Shown: positions 52,888 to 62,032 of the stretch, piece after piece
How the letters are laid out: every line of letters begins with the position of its first letter
Position numbering within the stretch: position 1 is the stretch's first letter
DNA from: Candidatus Moraniibacteriota bacterium
GTDB lineage: Bacteria > Patescibacteriota > Minisyncoccia > Moranbacterales > UBA11712
Assembly (NCBI GenBank): GCA_030679895.1
Contig: JAUXSN010000026.1
Location: forward strand, 24,661 to 88,660
DNA length: 64,000 nucleotides
Direction: 5' to 3'
Position numbers and translations under genes: made by a program
Notes under the pieces: generated by a model
Seen by the model: only the letters and a program-made list of their open reading frames with translations
Databases searched by the model: none
What the model was told of the DNA's origin: nothing

Positions 52888-54690
52888 ATGCTCGAAAAAT
52901 ACAAAAATTTTATCGTCGCGGGAATTTTGGGAATTGTTTTCGCTATTTCTTTCGGAACCATGCTGGGAGACGCCGCCATTATGGATGAAGTGGCCCATAT
53001 CCCTTCCGGGTATTCCTATGTCCGCTATCATGATTTTCGGCTTAATCCCGAACATCCGCCGCTCCTCAAGGATATGGCCGGCATTCCCTTGCAATTCCTG
53101 AATGTTGATTTTCCGATTCAGAATAAATTTTGGACCACGGATGCCAACGGCCAATGGGAAGCCGGATGGGAATTTTTATATCTGCCGCAAAACAACACGG
53201 AAAATATTCTTTTTTGGTCCCGTCTTCCCATCTTGCTCTTATCTTTGCTTTTGGGATTCATGATTTATCGCTGGGCAAAGGAACTTTTCGGAACAAAAGC
53301 GGGTCTTTTGGCTCTTTCCCTTTACGCCTTCGATACCAACATATTGGGCCATAATCATTATGTCACTACCGATTTGGGTATCGCCGCTTTTATGTTTTTC
53401 GCTTTCTATTATTTCATCAAGTACCTCAAGACGCCGAGCTGTAAAACCATTATTCTCGCCGGAATTTTTATGGGTCTGGCGCAACTGGCCAAATTTTCTT
53501 CGGTTTTGATGTTTCCCGTCTTCGGCATCGCGCTATTGCTTTATATATTTTTTAGAAAAGACAAGCTTCCCTTCTCTTTTCTCGGATCAGGGAAAATCAA
53601 AAAATTCCGGGTTCAAAAGTTCTATTTTTATGCCACGACATTTATCGCGGCGCTTCTCATTCACATGGTCTTGATTGGCATTGTTTACGAACTCAATATT
53701 TACGCGATGCCTCCGGCGAAGATCCACCAGCTGGCGGATACGCAAATGTACGGGAAAATTGCCACTGCCGCGAAACCCATTATCCATAAAATGGCGGACA
53801 ATCCAATTCTGCGGCCATACAGCCAGTATTTGATCGGCCTTGTGATGGTTTTTGGCCGAGTGGCCGGAGGAAACACGACTTATTTCTTCGGACAAGTCAC
53901 GAATCAGAGCTTTAGGGAATATTTTCCCATGGTGTTTCTTATCAAAGAACCGATAGCCAACCTGCTCCTGATTCTTTTGGCGGCCGCGACCGGACTTTAT
54001 CTCGCCCTGAAACGCAATCTTTCCGAGTTTCCCCGCAAAATCTGGAACAATATCAAAGATTATCTTGATGGCCACATCGCGGAATTTTCGATGCTTTCTT
54101 TTATCGCGCTTTATGCTTATGTCAGCATCACAGGCAATCTTAATATCGGTTTCCGGCACCTTTTTCCAATCCTGCCCTTCATTTTTATCCTGGTCTCAAA
54201 GGAAGTCGCATTTTTGGGAAGCGCTCTCGGCAGAAAATATCAGAAATATTTTTGGGGGATAGTTTTGCTACTTGTGGCATGGCTCATCGCAGTAGCCGCT
54301 TTCGCCTATCCGAATTATCTGGCGTATTTCAATGAACTGGTCGGGGGATCAAAAAACGGCTACAAATACGTAACCGATTCCAATGTGGACTGGGGACAAG
54401 ATTTGAAACGCCTCGCAAAATGGGTAAACGAAAACAATATTGATAAGATCCGGGTTGATTATTTCGGCGGCGGCGATGTCGGACATTATCTCGGAAATAA
54501 GGCTGTTATCTGGCACGCCCATATGGGACAAGGGCCCGGCTGGTACGCCATTTCAGCCACTTTTCTTCAGAATTCGCTCTATGAAAAAATAACTGAAGGA
54601 AAACCGGATTATCAATGGCTCCGCGATCGCGAACCCTACGCGAATATCGGGGGATCGATATTGGTATATAAAGTAGAAAACGGAATTTAA
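52888..54690 (+). CDS. GT-C fold glycosyltransferase (GT39/ArnT-like)
   Basis: MDEVAH, NPEHPPL, VTTD, NIGFRHL, DSNVDWGQDL. Confidence 0.88.
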   Translation: MLEKYKNFIVAGILGIVFAISFGTMLGDAAIMDEVAHIPSGYSYVRYHDFRLNPEHPPLLKDMAGIPLQFLNVDFPIQNKFWTTDANGQWEAGWEFLYLPQNNTENILFWSRLPILLLSLLLGFMIYRWAKELFGTKAGLLALSLYAFDTNILGHNHYVTTDLGIAAFMFFAFYYFIKYLKTPSCKTIILAGIFMGLAQLAKFSSVLMFPVFGIALLLYIFFRKDKLPFSFLGSGKIKKFRVQKFYFYATTFIAALLIHMVLIGIVYELNIYAMPPAKIHQLADTQMYGKIATAAKPIIHKMADNPILRPYSQYLIGLVMVFGRVAGGNTTYFFGQVTNQSFREYFPMVFLIKEPIANLLLILLAAATGLYLALKRNLSEFPRKIWNNIKDYLDGHIAEFSMLSFIALYAYVSITGNLNIGFRHLFPILPFIFILVSKEVAFLGSALGRKYQKYFWGIVLLLVAWLIAVAAFAYPNYLAYFNELVGGSKNGYKYVTDSNVDWGQDLKRLAKWVNENNIDKIRVDYFGGGDVGHYLGNKAVIWHAHMGQGPGWYAISATFLQNSLYEKITEGKPDYQWLRDREPYANIGGSILVYKVENGI

Positions 54691-54693
54691 ACA

Positions 54694-54727
54694 TTTGTCA
54701 TACCGCACTTGATGCGGGAATGACAAA
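54694..54727. repeat. Family B REP-like unit (collapsed doublet)
   Basis: TTTGTCATACCGCACTTGATGCGGGAATGACAAA. Confidence 0.85.
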
Positions 54728-54753
54728 AAAAGAAGTTAATTATTTTGACAAAG

Positions 54754-55638
54754 TCATTTTTCACTTTCAGTTTTGAGCTTATAATAGACTTTTCCCTTTA
54801 TCCTTAAGTCCAGATAATCAAGATTCTGCCTTTTTTCAGTGCCTAACTCTTTTTCAAAAAGAGTCTGGATTATTTTTTTGGTCTCTGCCGGAGATATTTG
54901 ATCGGAAAGTTTGAGCATCCAGCCTTCTTTGGTTTGAAAATAAACTTCACCGGAGGCGAGAGCCGGCGTGTGATAGGTTCCGTCCGGCTCCAGCTGCAGT
55001 TCTTCGCGCAAAACATAATTCAGTTCTTTGAGATAACTTATAAAGTCCTTGCTGATAACTGTTTTTTCAATCTCCACTTGGCGGGCATTGTCGTCGATAA
55101 CCGTCAAAAAGCCCGATTTTTTCAGTTCCTCGTCAGTGGCATTGGCCCCTGAATAAACCAGGCCGTCTTCATCGACCAAATAGCAAACGCCCGAACTGCA
55201 CCAAACCAGTTCCGCCTGCCTTTCGTCTATTTTGATCAGCATCGTTTTGGGAAATTTTTTTTGAATTTCTATTTTTCCGATCCGATTGAAATCATTTTTT
55301 AGCTTCCGGGACACCTCGTCATTTTTTCCCAGAAAAAAATTGTTTTTGGAAAAATATTTGAAATAATTTCCCTGCAGGGCTTCACTTGCCGATTTTTTTA
55401 TGTCCTCCGCGGATATGCTTTCGTTTCCCTCAACGCTTATCGCGTCAATCTGAAGAAACGGCGAAAGAAAAAATATATAAAAGCTAACACTCAAGAAAAC
55501 GATAAACAGAAGCCAATAAAAAAAACGAGCCAGCGTCAACGCTCTTTTTTCGGCTGTTCTTCCGGGCACGCCGGAATACATCCTGGGGTTGCTCCGTTTC
55601 CAGAATTTATTTTTTTCTTTTTTTTTAAATAGACTCAT
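54754..55638 (-). CDS. ftsQ: FtsQ/DivIB-type POTRA protein
   Basis: TM, ISVEGN, KKFPKTMLIKIDER, YLVDEDG, YLDLR. Confidence 0.8.
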   Translation of the reverse strand: MSLFKKKEKNKFWKRSNPRMYSGVPGRTAEKRALTLARFFYWLLFIVFLSVSFYIFFLSPFLQIDAISVEGNESISAEDIKKSASEALQGNYFKYFSKNNFFLGKNDEVSRKLKNDFNRIGKIEIQKKFPKTMLIKIDERQAELVWCSSGVCYLVDEDGLVYSGANATDEELKKSGFLTVIDDNARQVEIEKTVISKDFISYLKELNYVLREELQLEPDGTYHTPALASGEVYFQTKEGWMLKLSDQISPAETKKIIQTLFEKELGTEKRQNLDYLDLRIKGKVYYKLKTESEK

Positions 55639-55642
55639 GTTT

Positions 55643-55691
55643 TTCCTAAAGTTTAGCTTTAGGAAGCGTTCCTAAAGCTAAACTTTAGGAA
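55643..55691. repeat. Palindromic repeat, family A
   Basis: Perfect 23-bp IR TTCCTAAAGTTTAGCTTTAGGAA-GCG-TTCCTAAAGCTAAACTTTAGGAA. Confidence 0.9.
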
Positions 55692-55698
55692 ATAGACG

Positions 55699-56442
55699 CT
55701 ATAAAATACTTTTCACTACTTTTGCGATTATCCAGGCATAAACGAAATGCCGGCCGTATTTTTTTATGCGGACCGGCTCGCTTTTCCCCTGGAAACTGAA
55801 ATTGAAAGTCTGCCCTTCGGCATCAGTCTTGGAATCCGTCGCCCTTGCATCCGCGCCTTCCTCAAAACCATATGTAATCACCTTTCCTTTGGCGGAACCT
55901 TTGAGCTCCCTTACCCTTTCATCGTCGTTATTCAAGACAATATAACCACCCTCGGGTATTTCCGAAACAAGCTGCCTAAGTTCATTTTGGATTATTTCAA
56001 GGCTGGAATTGGAATAAGTATAGCTGCCCTCCACATTGGTGATTATGGCCACGTTCGGCCGGACCATTTCAAGAAGCTTTTTCATGTCGCCTTTTTCTTC
56101 GACTCCAAGCTCCAGCACAAGTTTTTCGGGAAACTTCCGTCCGAAAAGAGCCCGCATTTTGGCTTGCACAAGCACTTTAATCCATTTTGCGGCCGAAGAT
56201 TCGCCCGAATCCAAATAGAGAATCGCAAGCGGCAAACCAATTTCGGTGTTGTAGGATTTCGGATTTCCTCGCACTTCTTCTTCACCGTGTTTTTCGCGCA
56301 GAAATTTCAAAATATATTCTTTGACTGTCGTCTTTCCGGTACTTCCGGCAATAGCGACAATAAACGGTTTATGCCGCCATAAAACTAACTTCGTGAGGAG
56401 TTTTAGATAATATTGGATAAATGATTTGAGAAATTTTTTCAT
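55699..56442 (-). CDS. Truncated MurF paralogue (Mur ligase central domain only)
   Basis: AGSTGKTTVKE, YNTEIGLP, LVLELG, VLNNDD; ends before the C-terminal domain. Confidence 0.8.
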   Translation of the reverse strand: MKKFLKSFIQYYLKLLTKLVLWRHKPFIVAIAGSTGKTTVKEYILKFLREKHGEEEVRGNPKSYNTEIGLPLAILYLDSGESSAAKWIKVLVQAKMRALFGRKFPEKLVLELGVEEKGDMKKLLEMVRPNVAIITNVEGSYTYSNSSLEIIQNELRQLVSEIPEGGYIVLNNDDERVRELKGSAKGKVITYGFEEGADARATDSKTDAEGQTFNFSFQGKSEPVRIKKYGRHFVYAWIIAKVVKSIL

Positions 56443-56471
56443 GATAGTATTTCAAATAAAACTTTTTTATT

Positions 56472-56552
56472 TGTCATCCCGCACTTGATGCGGGATCCAG
56501 TTTCTATGCATAAAATTACATTTTCTGGATCCCCGCTTTCGCGGGGATGACA
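56472..56552. repeat. Family B REP-like doublet
   Basis: TGTCATCCCGCACTTGATGCGGGATCCAG ... CTGGATCCCCGCTTTCGCGGGGATGACA. Confidence 0.9.
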
Positions 56553-56588
56553 CCTAGATGTCAGAAGCTTTTAATTTAAATTTACAAT

Positions 56589-57782
56589 TTAACTAAAATA
56601 TTTCTCCATCCGATCAAACGCCAAATTTATATCCTCTTCCGATCTTCCGAAGCACATCCGAATGTGATTTTCCCCGCTCGGGCCGAAAGCCGCTCCGGGA
56701 ACGGTGGCTACTCTGGCTTTCTCTAACAATTCTATCGCAAATTGCCATGATCCGCCATCGGTCGATATTTTTTTCAGATATTCATCTTTTATCCTCGGAA
56801 ATACGAAATAGGCGCTGTCCGGTTTTTGATAGGAAAACACTTTTGTAAGTTTATCGAGCCGCCGGCAAATCAAGTCCCGCCTCTTTTTGTATATTTGGTG
56901 ATATTTTGCAAGCTCCGAATCCGCCATCTCAAGCGCCGCGAGCGCCGCGTATTGCGAAACGACCGGCGCGCAAGTGACCAGAGCGTCATGAACGGCCAGA
57001 ATTTTTTTCGCGAGTTCCTGATGCGTGGCAAGATACGCTATCCGCCAGCCAGTCATCGCGTAGGCTTTGGAAAAGGAAAAAATGTATATCAAGCGATCCC
57101 GAATACCGCGCAGTTCGGCAAGAGAATATAACGGAAGGTTCGACCTCCCTGTGGAGGTTGAACCTCCATTATCCTCAAAAACAAAATCCTTATACACCTC
57201 GTCGGAAAAAATATAAAGATTATGCTTGATCGCCAGTTGCGCCAAAGCATGAAGCTGGTTTCGTGAAAATATCGTTCCGGTCGGATTGTTCGGATTGCAG
57301 AAAAGGAAAGCGCGCGTCCGCGGCGTAATGAGCTTTTCAAATTTATCGATATCAAACGCCCAGCCTTTTTCTTCGTCAAGCGGAACAAAAATCGGCGTTC
57401 CGCGAGCCACTTTTATCGCTGATTGATATGACGTATAAGTCGGATCCGGTATCAGCACTTCGTCTCCCGGCTCAAGAATGGCAAGAAGCGTGGCTGTGAT
57501 CGCTTCAATCGACCCGGCGGTAGCGATAATTTCCGTTTCAAAATCGAAGAATTTATTTTCTTTCTCCAAATAATGAGCAATAGTTTCCCGAAATTCCAAA
57601 ATTCCCGGCGAAAGGGAATATTTGGCGACTTTTCCCTGCTCAATCGCCTCAATCGCCCGCCGTTTGATCGGCTCGGGCGTATCAAAAGACGGCACACCTT
57701 GCGCAAGCGAAACAACTCCGGGAATGCGAGACGCCCGGAGTTCCATTTCCTTAATTGGGGATAAGTTTATTTTCTCACCCAT
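56589..57782 (-). CDS. PLP-dependent aminotransferase class I/II
   Basis: NPNNPTG, SDEVY, SFSKAYAMTGWRIAY, PGAAFG. Confidence 0.93.
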   Translation of the reverse strand: MGEKINLSPIKEMELRASRIPGVVSLAQGVPSFDTPEPIKRRAIEAIEQGKVAKYSLSPGILEFRETIAHYLEKENKFFDFETEIIATAGSIEAITATLLAILEPGDEVLIPDPTYTSYQSAIKVARGTPIFVPLDEEKGWAFDIDKFEKLITPRTRAFLFCNPNNPTGTIFSRNQLHALAQLAIKHNLYIFSDEVYKDFVFEDNGGSTSTGRSNLPLYSLAELRGIRDRLIYIFSFSKAYAMTGWRIAYLATHQELAKKILAVHDALVTCAPVVSQYAALAALEMADSELAKYHQIYKKRRDLICRRLDKLTKVFSYQKPDSAYFVFPRIKDEYLKKISTDGGSWQFAIELLEKARVATVPGAAFGPSGENHIRMCFGRSEEDINLAFDRMEKYFS

Positions 57783-57825
57783 AAACTGCTTTTTTCAGAA
57801 ACCAAATCTTTAGAAACAATTTATT

Positions 57826-58167
57826 TTACAAATTATACTTTTCAGTTTTGGCATTTTGCTCTTCATTTTTCTGATCCTCTACTGAATATCCTAGATCAGC
57901 TAGTCTTAGCGCGGCCGCAGCAGTGATTTCTTCTACAATATCTTCCCCGCTCTCATCGTTGATTAAGCTGTCATCTTTTAAGAGCTCACTATACTGATTA
58001 TACACACTGAAAAGCCAGCCGACATCGCTTGTATTCTGCACTCTCGGCAAAATTATTTTTGCTCTTCTAATCAATGATGAATCGTCAAACTTCCCGCCTC
58101 GTAAAACCTTCAGAGAAGGCCTGCGCTTTTCCGGGCTTAGTTTTTTTTGCAAATCCTCAATAGCCAT
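57826..58167 (-). CDS. Hypothetical protein
   Basis: 113 aa; ATG overlaps the serS stop (TAATG). Confidence 0.7.
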   Translation of the reverse strand: MAIEDLQKKLSPEKRRPSLKVLRGGKFDDSSLIRRAKIILPRVQNTSDVGWLFSVYNQYSELLKDDSLINDESGEDIVEEITAAAALRLADLGYSVEDQKNEEQNAKTEKYNL

Positions 58168-59483
58168 TAATTTATTTCTTTATTAATAATTTTCAAGTTC
58201 CCCGGCATCCATTTTCGCAAAACTTCCGGAATCACAACACTGCCATCGGATTGCTGTCCGTTTTCGAGAATAGCTATTAGCGTCCGACCGATAGCAAAGG
58301 CTGTCGCGTCGTTCATATGCACGAATTCAGTCTTTCCGTCTTTTCTTTTTACTTTCGTATTCAAACGACGGGATTGATAATCATTCATGAGATCGGACGT
58401 ATTTGTTTCGCGATATCTATTTTGTCCCGGCATCCATGTTTCAATGTCAATTTGCCGATAATCCGGACCGCCCATATCGCCCGTGCAGATTGCAACAACT
58501 TGATAAGATAATTTCAAGGACTGCATCAGATATTCCTGGATCGCAACAATAAAATCCTGTTCTTTCAAAGAATTTTCCGGAAGAGAAAATGATTCCATCT
58601 CTAGCTTGTCGAATTGATGAACCCGTAAAATTCCTTTTGTGTCTTTTCCATACGATCCCGCCTCTCGCCTGAAGGCTGTTGAAAAACCAATAAACCTCAA
58701 AGGCATATCCGCTTCTTTCAAAGTCTCATCCATATACATGGCTCCCAAAGTATGTTCAGCGCTACCAACCAAATATAAATCGTCAGCCGGAGTATGATAT
58801 CTTTCTTCGCGCGGTTCGAGTCTCGCCATTCTTTGCATTGACTCGGGCTTGATCAGCACCGGAGGAACAACCGGAATAAACGGCCGATCACTGACATCCA
58901 GATTATTTTCTTTGATAATCTCTTTTAATGTATTTTCATTGGTCAAAACGGAAAGAGCATGTTGAATAAGAGCAAACTCCAAAAGCACTGCTTCGCCTTT
59001 CAAATAACTGAACCTGCTCCCACTAACCTTTACAGCTCGTTCGATGTCGATGATATCCAAATTTTTGCCAAGTTCCCAATGCTCTTTGGGCTGAAAGTCG
59101 AACTTTGGAATTTCTCCCCACTTTCGAATTACTTTATTCCCTGCTTCATCCGGACCAATCGGCGTATCAGGAGAAATAACATTTGGTACGATATAAAGAA
59201 TTTCTTTATATTCTTTTTCTATTTTATCAAATTCAGGATCAAGTTTATCCAGATCTTTTTTAATCTTCTTTCCTTCTGCAATTATTTTATCCTTATCTCC
59301 CGCATTTTTCATTTCGTCGTTCAAGTTATTTTTTTTCTCTTTCAGTTCCCCAATTTCAACAATTAGTTTTCTTCTCTTCTCGTCCAATTCCAAAAGCCGG
59401 TCCACGTCGCATTTGATATTGCGGAGTTCGCAATTTTTCTTCACGGTTTCCTTGTTTTCGCGGATGTATTTGATATCGAGCAT
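58167..59483 (-). CDS. serS: Serine--tRNA ligase
   Basis: MLDIKYIR, FRREAGSYGKD..GILRVHQFDKLE, DIETWMP. Confidence 0.97.
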   Translation of the reverse strand: MLDIKYIRENKETVKKNCELRNIKCDVDRLLELDEKRRKLIVEIGELKEKKNNLNDEMKNAGDKDKIIAEGKKIKKDLDKLDPEFDKIEKEYKEILYIVPNVISPDTPIGPDEAGNKVIRKWGEIPKFDFQPKEHWELGKNLDIIDIERAVKVSGSRFSYLKGEAVLLEFALIQHALSVLTNENTLKEIIKENNLDVSDRPFIPVVPPVLIKPESMQRMARLEPREERYHTPADDLYLVGSAEHTLGAMYMDETLKEADMPLRFIGFSTAFRREAGSYGKDTKGILRVHQFDKLEMESFSLPENSLKEQDFIVAIQEYLMQSLKLSYQVVAICTGDMGGPDYRQIDIETWMPGQNRYRETNTSDLMNDYQSRRLNTKVKRKDGKTEFVHMNDATAFAIGRTLIAILENGQQSDGSVVIPEVLRKWMPGNLKIINKEIN

Positions 59484-59484
59484 A

Positions 59485-59745
59485 TTATTTAGAAGAAACA
59501 TTAATATCTTTTGTCATAAAATCGATAACAAAATTTGATTTCCCCAGCTCCTCCTGAACTAATTTTATAGTGCCAGATAATTTTTCTAAATCATCTTGGG
59601 ACAAATCTTTATTTTCGAGGAGAAATTCAATTTTTTCTAAATTGCTTTTCAATAAGTCAATTCTTTCATGAATATCTTGAAGTCTCACTCCTTCGTTGGT
59701 TGGACCATTATTATCAATTTGGGATCCGGTTTCTTTCTTATTCAT
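59485..59745 (-). CDS. Hypothetical coiled-coil protein
   Basis: 86 aa; stop 1 nt before the serS ATG. Confidence 0.65.
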   Translation of the reverse strand: MNKKETGSQIDNNGPTNEGVRLQDIHERIDLLKSNLEKIEFLLENKDLSQDDLEKLSGTIKLVQEELGKSNFVIDFMTKDINVSSK

Positions 59746-59807
59746 ATTAAATTATAACAATTATTATTTTTTTCATAAAGAGAAACTGTATTTTTTACTG
59801 CGCCGGT

Positions 59808-61394
59808 TTATCTTATCACGTTTTCCAGTCTCTTTTCCAGAAAATTTCGGTCGAGGACGCTCAAAAACCAGCCAACTTTGGGACCACGGTCCTTGCCCAA
59901 AAAGCTGATGTATATAGCAGAAAAGAGCTCCTTTGGCTCAATGGCCATTTCTTTTTTTATGTCGTGGACTGTCGTGTGGAGAATTTGGCCATCAAGTTTT
60001 TTTTGCGTCTTGATATATTCCAGAATTTTCGCGAGACCTTCTTTTTGCCGCGCGGAAAAAGTTTTGGCCGCTTCCGGAACTTTGCCTTCCTGAAGTTCAT
60101 ATTTGAAGTCCTCCGGAGCAAATTTTTCGAGCCACCTTTTCGCATATCCGGCGCGATATTCAATTTCTTTCCTGTCCTCGTCCGTGAGCGATGATTCTTT
60201 CAGTTTTTCCACCGCCTCGAAATTGTCCATATGCGGCATTTGCACGATAAAAGCCATTTGGGAAAATCTTGGCAAAAATCTTTCCACTGTTTTTTCTTCG
60301 CGGTTTTTGTGCATCAGCTTGAAAATTCGGGGATAATCACCGTCTTCTGCCGCAAAATATGCCTCGGCCATCTTGTCATAGGTGTCATAAAGAACCGGAA
60401 TGGTGTCCCCGTCCGGAATAAAATCTATCACCCTTTTCGGGTCTTTTCCAAGCAGAAGCAGTCGCAAAAGCTCCGGAGGGAGAGTGTCGGCGATCTCCCG
60501 CGAAGACGTACCAGCGCCTTTAGAAGACGACATTTTCTTTCCGCTCACGTTGAAAAACTCATAGGGAATATTGAAAGGCGGAAGACAATCGAACACTTCC
60601 CGGCAGATCGCGTCCGCAATGCTGCGCGAACCTCCTTTTGTGGAATGGTCTTTTCCTGCCCCTTCAATATCAACTCCGAGAACCTTGAATTTGGCCGCCC
60701 ATTCCACTTTCCAGGGAAGCTTGGCGTTTCCGTCAAAAGGCGAATTTTTCCCTTTATATCCGCAGCCACGAGTCCAAGAAACCGCGTCTTCGGCACATTC
60801 ATACTCAACTTCCTTGTCATCAAAACTAAAAGCTCGGGTGGTGCTTATTTTACCGCATTTTTCACAAATCATTTGCACCGGCAGCCACTGGTCTTCTTTT
60901 TGCGATCCGGAAACTTTTTTATAAATATCCCTTATCTTGTCGGAGTTTTCAATGGCAATCCTGATAACTTCGTTATATTTCCCTTTTTTGTATAAATCGC
61001 TCGCGCGATAAAATTCCGGTTCGAAGCCCAATTCCCGGATAACCCCGATGTATTCTTCTCTAAAGTACTCGGCGTAATTTTTCGCCTTGCCGTCGGGACT
61101 GGGAATATTGCACAGCGGCACTCCCATAAAAGGCTCGAATTTTTCCTTTTCGAGATAAACCGGCAAGCCGTCCATGGGATCGAAATCATTTATCTCATAG
61201 AGAAATTTATTTTTCACGCCATTTTCACTGAGTATTTCTGAAATTATGCCGTGTATGGCTACTCCGCGAAGAGACCCAACATGCACCCGACCGGAAGCTG
61301 TTTTTTCATCGCGAATAATAAGCGGCTGGCCGCTTTCAACTTTTTCCCTGTATTCTTTTTTGATTTGCTCGACAAGCTTGTCCGCCCAAAACAT
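59808..61394 (-). CDS. lysS: Lysine--tRNA ligase, class I
   Basis: FWAD, SGRVHVGSLR, KLPWKVEW, GKDH, KMSSSKG, GPKVG. Confidence 0.95.
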   Translation of the reverse strand: MFWADKLVEQIKKEYREKVESGQPLIIRDEKTASGRVHVGSLRGVAIHGIISEILSENGVKNKFLYEINDFDPMDGLPVYLEKEKFEPFMGVPLCNIPSPDGKAKNYAEYFREEYIGVIRELGFEPEFYRASDLYKKGKYNEVIRIAIENSDKIRDIYKKVSGSQKEDQWLPVQMICEKCGKISTTRAFSFDDKEVEYECAEDAVSWTRGCGYKGKNSPFDGNAKLPWKVEWAAKFKVLGVDIEGAGKDHSTKGGSRSIADAICREVFDCLPPFNIPYEFFNVSGKKMSSSKGAGTSSREIADTLPPELLRLLLLGKDPKRVIDFIPDGDTIPVLYDTYDKMAEAYFAAEDGDYPRIFKLMHKNREEKTVERFLPRFSQMAFIVQMPHMDNFEAVEKLKESSLTDEDRKEIEYRAGYAKRWLEKFAPEDFKYELQEGKVPEAAKTFSARQKEGLAKILEYIKTQKKLDGQILHTTVHDIKKEMAIEPKELFSAIYISFLGKDRGPKVGWFLSVLDRNFLEKRLENVIR

Positions 61395-61453
61395 AAGAAT
61401 ATTAAATTAAGGGTATTTGATTTAATAATATTAGCCGTTTTCCCGCAAAAAAA

Positions 61454-61483
61454 CAACCCCGCCTTTCGTGAAGGGCGGGGTTG
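61454..61483. repeat. GC hairpin (family C; probably also terminates greA)
   Basis: CAACCCCGCCTTTCGTGAAGGGCGGGGTTG; near-identical inverted copy at 33225-33248. Confidence 0.75.
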
Positions 61484-61500
61484 CTTGAATATCCCATAAA

Positions 61501-61956
61501 TCACTTCACTTCCAAAATCGTGTATTCTTTTTCCCCGCCGGGAGTCTGGACTGTTATCTTGTCACCGGCCTTTTTTCCCATCAGCGATTTTCCCATCGGC
61601 GATTCATTGGAAATTTTTCCGCCCAAGGGATCGGCTTCGTTCGACCCGACAATAGCAAAAATTTGCTCTTCGCCGTTGAGCTTTATTCTGACTTTCGAAC
61701 CCATTTGAACAATTCCGCTTCCCTCCACAAAGCTTGCCACTTGGGAAGTGCGGATCTGGTTTTCAAGCTCCATTATGCGCCTTTCGTTGTCCGCTTGCTG
61801 CCTTTTGGCTTCGGTATATTCGGCATTTTCAGACAAATCCCCTTGTTCTTTGGCTTCCTTGATGATGAGCGCGATCTTTTGGCGCATTTCTCTTTTTCGC
61901 ATTTCAAGTTCTTCTTCCAGTTTTTTTCGGCCTTCGGGAGTGAGATATTTTGTCAT
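61501..61956 (-). CDS. greA: Transcription elongation factor GreA
   Basis: LTPEG, GDLSENAEY, ISNESPMG. Confidence 0.96.
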   Translation of the reverse strand: MTKYLTPEGRKKLEEELEMRKREMRQKIALIIKEAKEQGDLSENAEYTEAKRQQADNERRIMELENQIRTSQVASFVEGSGIVQMGSKVRIKLNGEEQIFAIVGSNEADPLGGKISNESPMGKSLMGKKAGDKITVQTPGGEKEYTILEVK

Positions 61957-62032
61957 ATAAGTTTTTCTCTAAATAATAACAGCGACAAAACAAATGATAA
62001 TCGAAAACAAAAAACCTGTCAATTATAAAAAG

